Shown here one piece after another: positions 22,701-34,552 of a stretch of DNA of 64,000 bases. Where the stretch lies: assembly GCA_030704615.1 (NCBI GenBank), contig CM060732.1:23188001-23252000 (forward strand), given 5' to 3'. Position 1 is the stretch's first letter. Each line of letters begins with the position of its first letter. The notes under the pieces were generated by a model. The model saw nothing but the letters and a program-made list of their open reading frames with translations. It searched no databases and was not told where the DNA came from. This DNA is from Takakia lepidozioides (Eukaryota > Plantae > Bryophyta). A program made the translations under genes and the position numbers.

Positions 22701-25003
22701 AGTGAGAAGGTGAGGGACGACTTACAAGGCGGGAGAAGAGAATGCCAAATGCCCACTTGAATGTCTCCAACGTATAAACCTACCAATATCACCTAGTTAG
22801 ATGATGTGAAAGAGCACCGAACGATCGTGTTCACAATCCGAGTGATAATAAGCAATTGTGGAGGACCACTTGGACAGCACACAAGACTATATGACATGGA
22901 GGACAACAAGCACAGCAGGAGAGATGTAATACCTTAGATGGAAACAGCTCAGGATGCTTAGCAAAAATGGTGACCTGCAAATCTTCATACCTGTAATATG
23001 ACTCCTGTGAGTGCCTCTTGACAAAAAACCAGACTTGGGTATAACTGTACTCCACATGCAGGTCTGAATAGCAGCACATTTCTGACCAGCACCACTAGAA
23101 CCTAAAGCTAGCGCAAGTATTTCCAAGGGAAAGACAGCATACGTTACAGTGACATCGGTAATGCAGTGCAAGGCCTGCTCTCTGAGAGGTGACGCTGCCA
23201 ACCATGCATTCACTTCCTCTTCCTTCCTGTTACAGAAGCAATCGTCAATTTAGAACCCAGTAAATCTGCCCCACTGGATTCTAAATTACAACCACAAGAG
23301 ACCACAAAACTACGAAACCTTTTCTGGCAGGCAGATATACATTCAAGTGTAGCAGTTTCCCCTAATTAACATGGAGCCCAAATCACACATACCATTGCAG
23401 AATGGAAGTTGGGGTCCGAGGCAAGGTGGCTATGTAGGCAAACCAGCGTGATGACCTCCCTAAACTGGCTTCACTGATAAGATACACAGCTAGTCTTGGC
23501 CATTCTGGCAAACCTGCCTGCTTCATCACCTCGCCTGCCTCGGCACATCCCCATTCCTACGCCCACACACAACACTTAGTCATGTCCTTGCTCTGGGGGC
23601 TCCCCTTCCATATGGCATCAAAGTGAATTTTCTATTTGTAGTGAAAAAGAACTGAAGGGTTGTTCTTCCTTATAACAAGGCTACAGGGTTCCTGATAGTT
23701 GAACAATGCCTGAAGTTTGTGTAATTGTAGCCAGGACTATATGAGGTTGTGAAGCGACTGCTCAGCTGATGGTTTCAAAGACCCTCATACATTGCTAGTG
23801 TTGCAATAATAAAATTCTTCCCCCTTTTTCTATCAAATCCAGTCTAGGTTTTCGTGCCTCTCTAATAGAGCACTTTTATTACTGGCTTTTCAGGAAAAAC
23901 CCCTCCTCAGGGGAGAAATTGCTGCACTTAAACCCTAAGCCCTAAAGTGTCAGCTGCGTAAGAGCCTGGGTTAAAGCCTGGTTTGCCTCAAAGCAATGTA
24001 AGATAGCATTGAGGAGGCTTATAGACAGGCAGAACGTGTTGTGTGCGTCATTAAGGTCTTTTCTTCTACACTTCCAGACAAAGCACCCATAAAAATACAC
24101 AGGGAGAATTGTGGGTCATGCCTCGGATCTAAAGGGGGTCAACACAAACGGGTGCTGCTTCAAAGGCAAGAGGAACGAATTTACAGACTAAAAGATCACC
24201 AGCACCAAATGCAGTATGCAAATTGAAAAGTAATGAGGCGTAGCATCACATACTGATTCAGGGGTGATGATTAGGGTATCAGGAATGAACAACACTCGCT
24301 CGCCCCGACGAAGTTTCTGTGACGCCACCAGGCCTCTTCCGCCAGAATCAACTCTTTCCAAGACCAGCTTCTGCAGGGAGACACCTTCCTTTGACAACCA
24401 CTCTTGTAACAGAGGCCCATTCTCCAAGGTCTCAGGATTACAACCCCAGTTCACTGCTGTCCTTTTCCTGTCAACACCTCAACAATTCATTTGAGTCAGC
24501 CTCGAGTTAGCCATACAGGAGCTAACTGAAGACCACTTATCACAGTTTAGCATTCAGCGATCGATTGGAGAATCACAGAATTCCTTGTGCAAGACTTTGT
24601 CTGAGAAAAATGCGAATTGACCAAATCATTCACCCGTACTCAGAATGTATGTAGCTCATTGGATATAGTTTCAACATTGAAAACCCACAGGCAATTGATG
24701 CCATCGCTACCAGGAAAATTGGTTTACAAAAACAGGATCGACGACAGTGGATTTCAGCTCCCACTGGTGGATGAGTTCCATGTCGCCTTAAATCCAGCTC
24801 AAATCAACAATCCATCAACCATATTGATCGGGCAGGAACCCTGTGGCATACTACCTGTCTTGGTCCTTCCTCTGTTGCTGTAGAAATACAATGGGGGGCG
24901 AGGTGGCTAATCTTGCGCGCACATGACAGGCCTGCACTGCACACAAGTATGGCGCACGAACGCGCAGGCACCAGGGCACAACATTGTGAGAGAGGGCGGC
25001 CAT
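19736..25003 (-). CDS. Plastid Rubisco LSMT-like SET-domain protein methyltransferase (multi-exon)
   Basis: WGCNPETLENG..LQEWLS..G..GRGLVA, ALVPWADMLNHSP (~22201-22240), QVFLSYGNRSNSELLLAYGF, LLAYARL; last exon ILRTELRELR...GLFK* ends at 19736; transit-peptide-like first exon from 25003. Confidence 0.88.
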
Positions 25004-25908
25004 CGCTGCTGCACCTCTCTCTCTCTCTCTCGCAGGCTGCCTTGAAAAGTATATATCCCATAATGTTTGCACATATTTTTCATTTTTTCATATATTTAGA
25101 TTTTAAGATAATCATCTAATAAAGTTTACACAGGGCTTAGTCCCCTGTTCAATCAAATAAATAAATGGAATATCCGGGAAGAATCCTCAGTAACGAACTT
25201 CAGTTATCTTGCATGGCTCTCATGCGATATGCCTTATGGCAGCCTCGAGGGTTTTAATTTTTTTCCCTCCAATAATTCAGCAATAAAGTTACCAACCAGG
25301 GCCAAGTCCCCTGTTGCTTTTTTTTTTTTTTTTTAAATAAATAAATAAATAAGATTTGTTTTTACTTTTTAAGCACGATAAAAAAATTGGTTCTTTAAAA
25401 AGAAAAGAAAAGAAAATTAAGAGAAAAAAAATACTCCACACTTTGCAAATGGAACAAGCCTAAAACCATGGTGGATTCTCTTGCTTTGGCAAAACCTAAG
25501 AGGAGGTGAGAGTAAGGGGCATGACTCAGCACAACACACCAATCGGTGCTTGACATGGTGTAAGGTCCTTTTCCGTTGACTTGAACATGTTGCAAAGTCT
25601 CTCTCTACATGAGAGCCAACAAGGCGTGAGATACACATAGGCCTTGCCATTGTTTTATTGATATGAAGTGTAACATGTGCCCAACTGGAAACTAAGAACT
25701 TTCATGTTCCCATTAAGTCTCATTGGAACAACTCATGATATAAGGTTAAGGTCACTTTGGCCAATTTGATGCGTAGTCCTTGCCCTGTCGGGCAGGGCCA
25801 ACGAATGCATGTAATCCATGCAAGCCCGGTCATACAAGTTGTGGCTTATCACGGAAGTCCTATGGTTAAGTTGAAGTTATGGAGCCTCCTTGTTCTTTCC
25901 AATCCTTA

Positions 25909-27488
25909 GAGCATCCCCACCCTACATTGAACCGAGCACGCCAACAGAACTTTTAGGGTATGTGGGCGGGAAAATGTCCACACCCTTGCACTGAACCCTA
26001 TATCCCACAAAAATCGGGCACTGAATATCGCTCCGTGCCCCCAACCCGAGCGCCGTATTCAGTTCCCCGAATACGCCCCTCAATCCAAGTCAGCGTGACC
26101 GTGGCCATGGCAGAGCACGCGTCGATGCTTCCCGCCAGTAGCTTGGCGACGACCTCGCCCCCTCCTACCAAGCCTCGAAAGGGAGAAATTTTACTCATGA
26201 GGAGGACCGTCAGCTCTGCACCTCGTTTCTTGCTATGTCACAAGATCCTTGTGTAGGAAACGATCAAAAATCCGAGGCATTCTGGAAAAGGGTGGTTGTT
26301 CATTTCAATCAGAAACGGGCTCATGGGTTGTCGGAGAGACCATGTAGGAGCTTGGAGAGCAAGTGATCTACAATTAGACATGACGTTTCGAAGTGGATTG
26401 GTGTGTACGGGGCAGTCGGGGCAGTCATTTCCCTCAAAGAGAGTGGTTGCAGCGAGGATTAAGACAACATTGCGAAGGTCGCCCAGCTCTACCAGGACAA
26501 GCATCCGAAGAAACAACCATTCATTTTCAAGCATTGTTGGCATATTTTGAAAAACGTGCCGAGGTGCGCTGCATTGAGGAGTGACGGCGTGAGAAAACCA
26601 GCCTCGATGAAGTGCAAGTATGATGTAGGTGGTGGGGAAATGATTGAGGAACCTGATGTGCAAGTGTTGGACGAAGACTCCAAGCTTGAAATGGTCCAAA
26701 CATAGAACGCTTTTGGAGCGTCAAAGTTTGTGAAGCGTCCGCAAGGATGCCGCTCAGCAAAAGAAGATCACAAAGACACAAAAATGAAGGACCTCGCCAT
26801 CCGGGCATAGGCTACCGCCACTGCCGAGATGGCAGCAACATCCCCGCGGAAAGCTGAGGTCCTAATGATGCTAGTGCACTCTCACTGTTCATGATGTCGG
26901 TGTGTGGCTGCTACAGAAGAGGCATTAGAATCTTTGAGGCTTCATCGTGCGGAGGAATTGGGCAAGCTCAAGCTGCGACTTGCGACCCAGCAGACAACAC
27001 CTTCAGTTGTTTCAGGTGGTGTGCTCGCAATACCTTTTGTCCCTGAAGCGCTTGCTCAAAATGTGCCAGTCCAGGTGCCACCTCCACCTCATCAACCTTT
27101 GCCTCCAATTGCCCCTACATTTTCCCAACGGCCTGCAATCAATCACACGCAGGCAAGTCAGTGTGATGAGGCCATAGGTTCCCAGCACAACCCAAACTCT
27201 GTGGATGATAGCGAAGATGATCAGGAAGTGGATTACCATGCGCCTGAGAACCTGCCTGCACCTTATCGACATTGGCAACAATTTTCAACGCCACGAAGAA
27301 TTCATCCAGGGCTTTACACACCCACTCCTCTCTCTCCATTTGTGTTTAATATGCATAATGTTCCTGCCCAATCTCCCTCGCCTACTATGGATTTAGAAGG
27401 CAATGTGGATCGCACTGTAGATACCGGGAGAGCAGATGAGGAAGGAGGTTGTTTCAATTCAAAGCTCAATGTTGAGAACTATGAATAA
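25909..27488 (+). mobile_element. PIF/Harbinger DNA transposon left end with decayed Myb/SANT-like (NAM-associated) ORF1
   Basis: TTA (25906-25908) followed by GAGCATCCCCA, a typical Harbinger TSD plus TIR; ORF remnant NFTHEEDRQLCTSF...QDPCVGNDQKSEAFWKRV...RSLESK*STI...FIFKHCWHILKNVP with stops and frameshifts. No transposase or right TIR identified. Confidence 0.75.
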
Positions 27489-30400
27489 GAAAAGTTTGAG
27501 CTAATCATGTGTTTTTTCTATGTTTTTGTGTAATTCAAGTGAATGGCGGCATCGTTGTGTATCTGATGCCTGCTCAAGGGTGAATGGACTGATATGTTAA
27601 GAAGCTCTTGCATTCTGGAATTAGTTCAGCAAATATACTCTCATTTACTCATATATCTCTCTCTCTGTGCCAGGTGCACTATCTGTGGTAGTTTCATTTC
27701 TTTGCATGGATGGAAAGGGTTTTCACAAGGTTTTCACTCTCTCATATAGAGGCGTCGGATATAAATGAAGTGTGGATGCAGAAAATTGAGAATGCCTACT
27801 GGTTTCGAGGAAGGGATGGACGTTTTGCTCATGATTACCTGAGTTTTGATTTTGCTAAAACAGACTTCCTATGAAAATTACTTGGTAATTGTGTGAAAGC
27901 ACTCTCCATCTTCATTGTTATTGAATTCGATAACACAGGGCCCCTGTTAACTGCACGCGTTAACTGCAGAGCTTTTACAAGTTGTCTAATTGGGTACTTT
28001 TATACTTCTGTGTTGTTTACAAGCTGAAGTTGAGCACAATGTGGGATTAGAGGCATTTTCAAGGCTTGCTCCGGCGATCCCTGAGCTTGCAGACCTGGTC
28101 ACGGTGCACTGCCAATATGAAGCTCTCACCAACACCACTAGAGGCAATTTGCATTTCGCTACATAAGATAAATACCTTGGCGAGCTAGACAAATAAGTGT
28201 CATCTCTCTGCACATTCTAGTACTAGACTAGTTAGTAGTGACTGCCATTCTATGCAGCTATAATGAATAGAACCTAGGGCTAATATTGAAGATTAACTTC
28301 CCATTTGAAGTGCCACACTCCTGGTATTCTCTATAGCACGACACAAGGCTTTCAGGTGTCCTTATATAGCGTGCAGAAAACTTGAAATGGAACCACTTAT
28401 GCATTGTCAGGGTGGGCCAGGTCTGTGAAAATCATTAGGGACCTACGTGTACCATCACTTGTTGACGTCCTTCATCTGGAAGAAGACGAAACAGTGATAG
28501 AAGTTGATGAAACAAGATTAGGCCAGCGCGTCCTGCAGCATGTGGGTGTATCCACGTGACCTAAATTGAGGTATGTCTGATAAAATTAGAGCAATTCTAA
28601 GATTGGGTGGATCAAAAGCGGCACATGTTGAGTCCATTGGAGGTCCATGGAAAAAAAAATAAAAAAAATTGAGTCTATTGCTTTCAGTTTATTTTTTAAT
28701 AAAGAGTCCCTCCTCAAATATTGAAAACATTCTTTACTAGATATTTTAATCTTTAATTTGAAAGAACATTTAGATGTCAAAATCTAGAGTTTACAACCAC
28801 TTGTCCATATACCACCTCGCACCTCTAGATTATAGGTTTGTATGCCTTTTTAGTAAAAGACGATACCTCAAAAACCCAAAACATAAGATGCTATGGACTA
28901 GAGCAAATCAACCTGTTTTTAGGTGCAAAATAGTCCATAGCTCTCAATTCACAAGATAACTAGTCCATATAAAAGTGGATTTGGGTTGGATTTAAAAATG
29001 GCACCCCTAGTGTGTTTTCCTTTGTGCCATTGTATGAGTGTACATGATGTTTTATCAGTCCATAAGATTTTATGTGTAACATCTGTACTCTACAGTAATC
29101 AACTTTAAAAGTCCATGGCTCTCTAGTACATGATTGTTTTTGCAATCTAACAATTGGTACACATACTTATTGTAGTTAAAAACCCTACACCATATAAATT
29201 TAGATGAAATATTGAGTTGTTGGACAAATATAGGTAAAACCATGGAGAGAGGTCATTGCAGAAATTGCCATGTTACGCAAAAACTGAGACACCCAATCCT
29301 GCAAATACCCTACATTTAAGAACTCTGGATTTTTCGTATCATGGGAAGCATGGGAACATGATCAGGTAGTTAGGTAAACATTTTGAGTAGATCTGGCAGG
29401 AATGGTACATATCCCAACCATACTTGTGCAACAATAAGCTTTAATGTCGCCAATTTCGGTGCTATAGCATATAGTTGTAGTGTATTTTGTATTCAGTCAT
29501 ACACCAAGAGTTATCCGATTGATGCCATTGATATCTGGAATATTAGAATGTGTCAGTCGAAATGATGAGGATGACTGTTTTCTAGTTCATGTGTACAACT
29601 ACTATTTGATTGAATGCAAAAACAGTTACATGGTTGCATTTCTGATCATGATATATCACAACTTTGCAAGTGGTGAACTGCTTTGGGCTGGGTGTAGGTC
29701 CCCACTCAAGTGAAGTACATATTGTGCCCAGACAATGCTGATGTTTCACCGTGGTGCTGTGAGGATGGACAGGGCGGTTGACATTGCCAGATTATTGACA
29801 TTGACATTGACGTCGGTAGGGTTGACATTGACAAAAGATTATTGATGATCTTCTTGGAGCTTTGATGGAGTTCAAAGTTGTGGATAAGTCATAGTTCACA
29901 CCCCTTCAGATCTGCCTTATCACCATTACCGTGTTCTGTGTTGGGTAATTTGGGACTACTTCCGCATGCACTGATTCCCTAAATTATGAAGTTTTTTTTA
30001 CTGAGAATCTTGTCATATTCGAAGATGTGTAACCACCTGCAATTGTAACCACCTTCTCATTGGGGACATGCTATGCACGAAAATTGAACAGTAATGTATT
30101 ATGGTAAAACCAATATTGTTCTCAGTGCACCCTAAATTATAACCGCCCAGTGCACATGAAATCATGGGGGATGCTAGAGCGTGAGCCTAGCCACGTGAGC
30201 CCAAGAGCCTGTGAGCCCAGGACACGTGGCATGATTTTGGAAAAGATGCGGCGTCTATTTCCGTGGAAGAGAATCCATTACCGCAGAAACACGTCTTCAT
30301 CCATATTAACCCTGCAACCCCAAACAAAACCCCAACCCTTGTCAGCCTTAGGGACCCACCTCAACCCCGACAGTGAACCTCGCCATCCCACCCCTGTGCA

Positions 30401-30798
30401 TGATATTGCGCATTGACATCATCCATGAGACCATCCATGCATGCAACATTCATCCACAGTGTACATCCAATCGGGCTTCATCTATCCAAAAACATTCATC
30501 CTCCATCCATCCAACCAAATATTGGTGTGATGGCATATGTCGAATGACTGTCTACTACTGGACTATGCACATATTCATCTCTGTTGAAAAACTTTTGTTG
30601 AATGCACATGGTTGAATTGGAGAGCAATGTTTAGAAAGAAAACACTTTCAAATTCGCAGGACGCAATGGAGAGAATGTTAATTCAGGGATGTGAATTTCA
30701 TTGTAGTCTGTGCTCATTACAACGGATGGTGGAAAGAGAAATGGTGGTGCAACGGAAAACGGAGAGTGTGTCCGCTCATGTTCTATAAATGAATGCCT

Positions 30799-33700
30799 TC
30801 AAGTACATCCATAGGTGGTGTCAACACTGCTACTGCTACCACCTGAATCTGCTAAACTGCTAGAAGTACTGCTACCACCTGAAACTACTGCACTATCATC
30901 TATGAAGACCTTTGCGCGGAGGTGCCTAAGCGTCTTCCTGGAACTCCAACGCAAGGATGGGGGAGAAAACACAGCTGCTTGCACACGAGCAATGCCTTCC
31001 GCGTAGTCGTGAAGGACATAATTAGGAGGTGGGCTCCAACACAAGTCCCTCAAGTATATGGAGGACAGGGGCCACGGAAGTGCATTCACATTCCTGCAAT
31101 CAGAAATGCACCATTTGGGTAACAATCAGACAACAGAAGGGGACGCAATAGAGCATATACACAGGGATCAAATAGACAGAAAATGAACTTACTCACATGA
31201 AAAGTCATTGTCCAGGTCATTGTCGTCTCCGTCGATGATATCAATTTGCGCAGTGACATCCTTCACATTGGAGGTAGACGCGCCCCTTTGCAACTCGGCG
31301 AGGATGCCAGTGAAAATATTTGCATCTCCTTCCATACCAAACAAGTGCCTGCCACCTGCCTTGCAAGCATGGTAAGAAGCGCCTGCAAGAGACAAAATGA
31401 AGGAATTAGAGTTTTAAAATATTGAGTAAAGAAGGTGCAGAAGAAAAGAAATCGATGACAAAGGCAAGAAGAGAAACATGTGCCGAGAGTGAGATCTATG
31501 ATGCGGGCCCCTGGCCGAGAACAACTCTCAATGATCGTTTGGATAAAAGCCGGGCTTTTCTCACGTGCCCCTCTCCAAGGCGTTCCATTTGGCTTTCGCA
31601 AACATACGTTGGAGTCGACATAGTTGTAGTGCATGTCGTCGACGACAGGATCGAACCTCTCGTTTATGAAACATCCTCCCCCATGAAGCTCGAACTCCAC
31701 CACTGTGGTGGGAGTCGACAGTGGATGTACCCTCACGAGACAGACGGCCTCAAATAGACAGGTCTGCGATGAAGATGAGAATAATTAGTGAGGAATGTTT
31801 CATAGCACATCTAGGTGGGAGTGCAGACCCATTCCGGATGGAACGGGTTCAGAGTCATTGCTCATGGACCGCCATAACTGAGTGCGCTGAAGTACTCAAT
31901 TCAGGCAGTGCGAACAGCATGCCTTCATAATAGGGTGTACAGTGGAACTTCAACAGAGAAGGCATAAAAATAAAGTAGTATTTGAAACCTACATTCTGCC
32001 TTGGGCAATCCCCCTTCGTCAGATACAGGCTGTTGACACAGTTCTAGGTCTTGATAATCCGCATCCCCGAGGCTTTCAAGTAGCTTGCTAGCTCCCGGCG
32101 ACATCTCATCGTGACAGATTGTATGATAACAATAACCCCTGCATCGGAAAAGAAAAACTTGCAAAAGGAAAACACCCAACTCCAATACCTCTCGTCAAAT
32201 TTGTTCCAGGTTGGGCAGGTGTCACTGGGCAGAATATCCGGGACTGGATGCCCGTCCGGAATGTCCACAATAACCATCTCCGAAGCAAACGGTTTCTGTG
32301 CACCATTCACCCAAGATTCCTTCCCCCTCCATGCCTGCAAGCAATATAGCGTGTAAGAAGGGGAGGATGTTTTATAAGCGACATGTCTGATCCAAGTAAA
32401 AATAAAACAAAGAAACAAAACTCAAACACATGCATGATAATTGCTTACCGATTGGAAAAAAGCACATAGCTTGTCCCACGTTTTGGAAGGATCACCACTG
32501 TAACTTGACTTCCGTGTCTCCATCATGGCCAGGAACCCGTCGTTTACCAACTCGCACATGCCCGGAAAAACGATTCTGGATGGGTGCTCCATTGCATCTT
32601 AGGGCTCTTTTAGACCCTTCTTCTTTCGGTTAGGCTCTTTGGCTGGGGGTTGCACCACGGACTCCTTCTCATTCTCATTCGGATTGTTTTTCTGCCCCTT
32701 TACCTTCCCTTTTCCCTTGTCCTTTCTAGGCTTCAGTGGCGTATTCTGTGCAAGAGGCTCTTTCTCAGCCAATATCCTCAAGTTTCTCTCGTGAAATTCC
32801 TTCTCCGTCAGAGGGGCCAAGGCCTCTGCATTCTCGTTTTGATTTCGGGTCACAAGCTCAGACCAAGGGCATCCAGAGCGTGGGATATCCATATAGCAGC
32901 AGCAGTCTCGAATATGCGAGGTCCCGTAATCCTTCAAAATCCCTGCAGTGTACATTTGTCTGAGCGTTGGATGGGTCACACCATAGGTCAATAAAGTGCG
33001 GGTGTCGACTCAGGTTCTTGCCTGGAATGAGAACGTTCTTGATGTACCTACACAATCAAAACAGAGGGAATGTTAGTAAGTGGGGAAAGCGTGAGAAAAC
33101 AGTTTAAGGACCCCTTGACTGTGTGCGCCAACGCACTCAATTTTTGGTCTGTCCACCCAGGCCCTACTTAGAAGCCAGGGCAGGTGTGATTCAGTAGAGG
33201 ATCGGATGTTTGTATGTAGAATGAAAGGTTGGGAAACACAGAAGTGCCCACCCCTTTACTGAGTGCATCAGCACACACAGTTTTGGGACTGTTTATTCAA
33301 CAGAGCAGGGTTGTAATGACAGCGAAACTTCGTGAGATAGGAACGAAGGGTGGATAAAGAGTGTCAAGACGAACCTGTATAGAACCCTCTTCATGGCCTG
33401 TTCTGATCCATGCTGCTGCTCGAAGTCGTTAGTGCGCGAGATGCCTCCCTCTTTGGCGAACTCCCTAAAGAAGCAAGTGCCGAAGCAAACAGCTTTCCAC
33501 TGGCGGACATAGTCTTCTAGAGTATCCGTCGGTGGAATCATAGTTATCTTGTAATCCTTCAGCTGCTTCTCCAGCACCAGCTATGCCCGAGCCTCTATCT
33601 GCGCAAGAACAGTTTTACAATTCAAAGAACAGATTTTTAAGAACAGTAAGTGACTTTTCCCGGTGCAATGCAGTTTTGCAGTGGAAATGGAACGGCGAGA

Positions 33701-34184
33701 GGAAAAAACCTATGCCCAGTACGTGGCTTTGTGCAGCCACATATCGAGAACATGGTCACTGAATTGCTTTATGACTCTTGTTTCCTTGTTCTTCTCACTC
33801 TTCGGAAAGCAGTGGTTATCTTTCATTGTCGGGTCGGCGTTCCAAATCTCAAGCCATTTCACTTTCACCTCTGGCTCCACTACGGCAGTGGACATGCGAT
33901 GAAGCTTCTCCTACATCATTTCGGGCTTGGTGTTCACGTTCCAGTGGATCTTGACCTGATTCAAGAACTCTAGGCCAAAAGCAGGGTCGGCTATTCTGAG
34001 TTGTTTTACGAACGCGCTCATGTAGTGCCTCTTCGCCACCTCCATCTCCTTGTTCATAGATTCTTCCACTCATTTTGAGGATCGCTCCCCTGGGTCTTTT
34101 TTGGCATAGTACTCTGTTCGGGATTGCTAAACCGTGAGCAGATTCCGTGAGCAGAATTCTGCTCACGGATCTGCATGTGCTCAC
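30799..34184 (-). pseudogene. Copy A: multi-exon gene with a C-terminal beta-class amino (N6-adenine/N4-cytosine) DNA-methyltransferase-like domain; inactivated
   Basis: Order motif IV-like SEMVIVDIPDG (32265-32251), then PWRGAREKSPAFIQTIIESCSRPGARIIDLTLGT|xASYHACKAGGRHLFGMEGD, aligning by eye with the ...KPxxLxxxLIxxSxxPGxxVLDPFxGSGTTxxAAxxxGRxxIGxExD consensus. Exons include 33047-32449, 32334-31993, 31763-31478, 31382-31193. In-frame stops at 33911, 33710, 33581, 32599, 32044. Confidence 0.75.
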
Positions 34185-34552
34185 CTATAACCGCGGACAC
34201 CTATTCGGCCTAGAGGACCTATTATTGCGGGTTGTGTCAAGTATATCATGCATACGTCATTCATCGTTATGGATGAACGATGAATGAACGATGGATGAAT
34301 GGGGGATGAAAGGATGTTCGACGAATGGTACATGGATGAATGTCGTTTGTAGATGAATGCAAAACTAAGATGCATTTTTGAGTAGTGGTTGCTAAATCCC
34401 CCCAGCTCTAGAGTGAACTTCTACCCACTGGTGAGGGTTGTGATTGTCCTTTCACCAGCAATCAGAACTCGACATAGTTGTTGACACACAGTTGCAAAGA
34501 AGGTGGAGAGGCCATTTGGTGCTTCAAACTTAATTTTTTAATAACTGAAGAT

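Noticed and set aside
23928-23947. Telomere-like CCCTAAA repeats (also ~49137-49153)
   Set aside because: Only two or three degenerate units inside introns; too short to call interstitial telomere.
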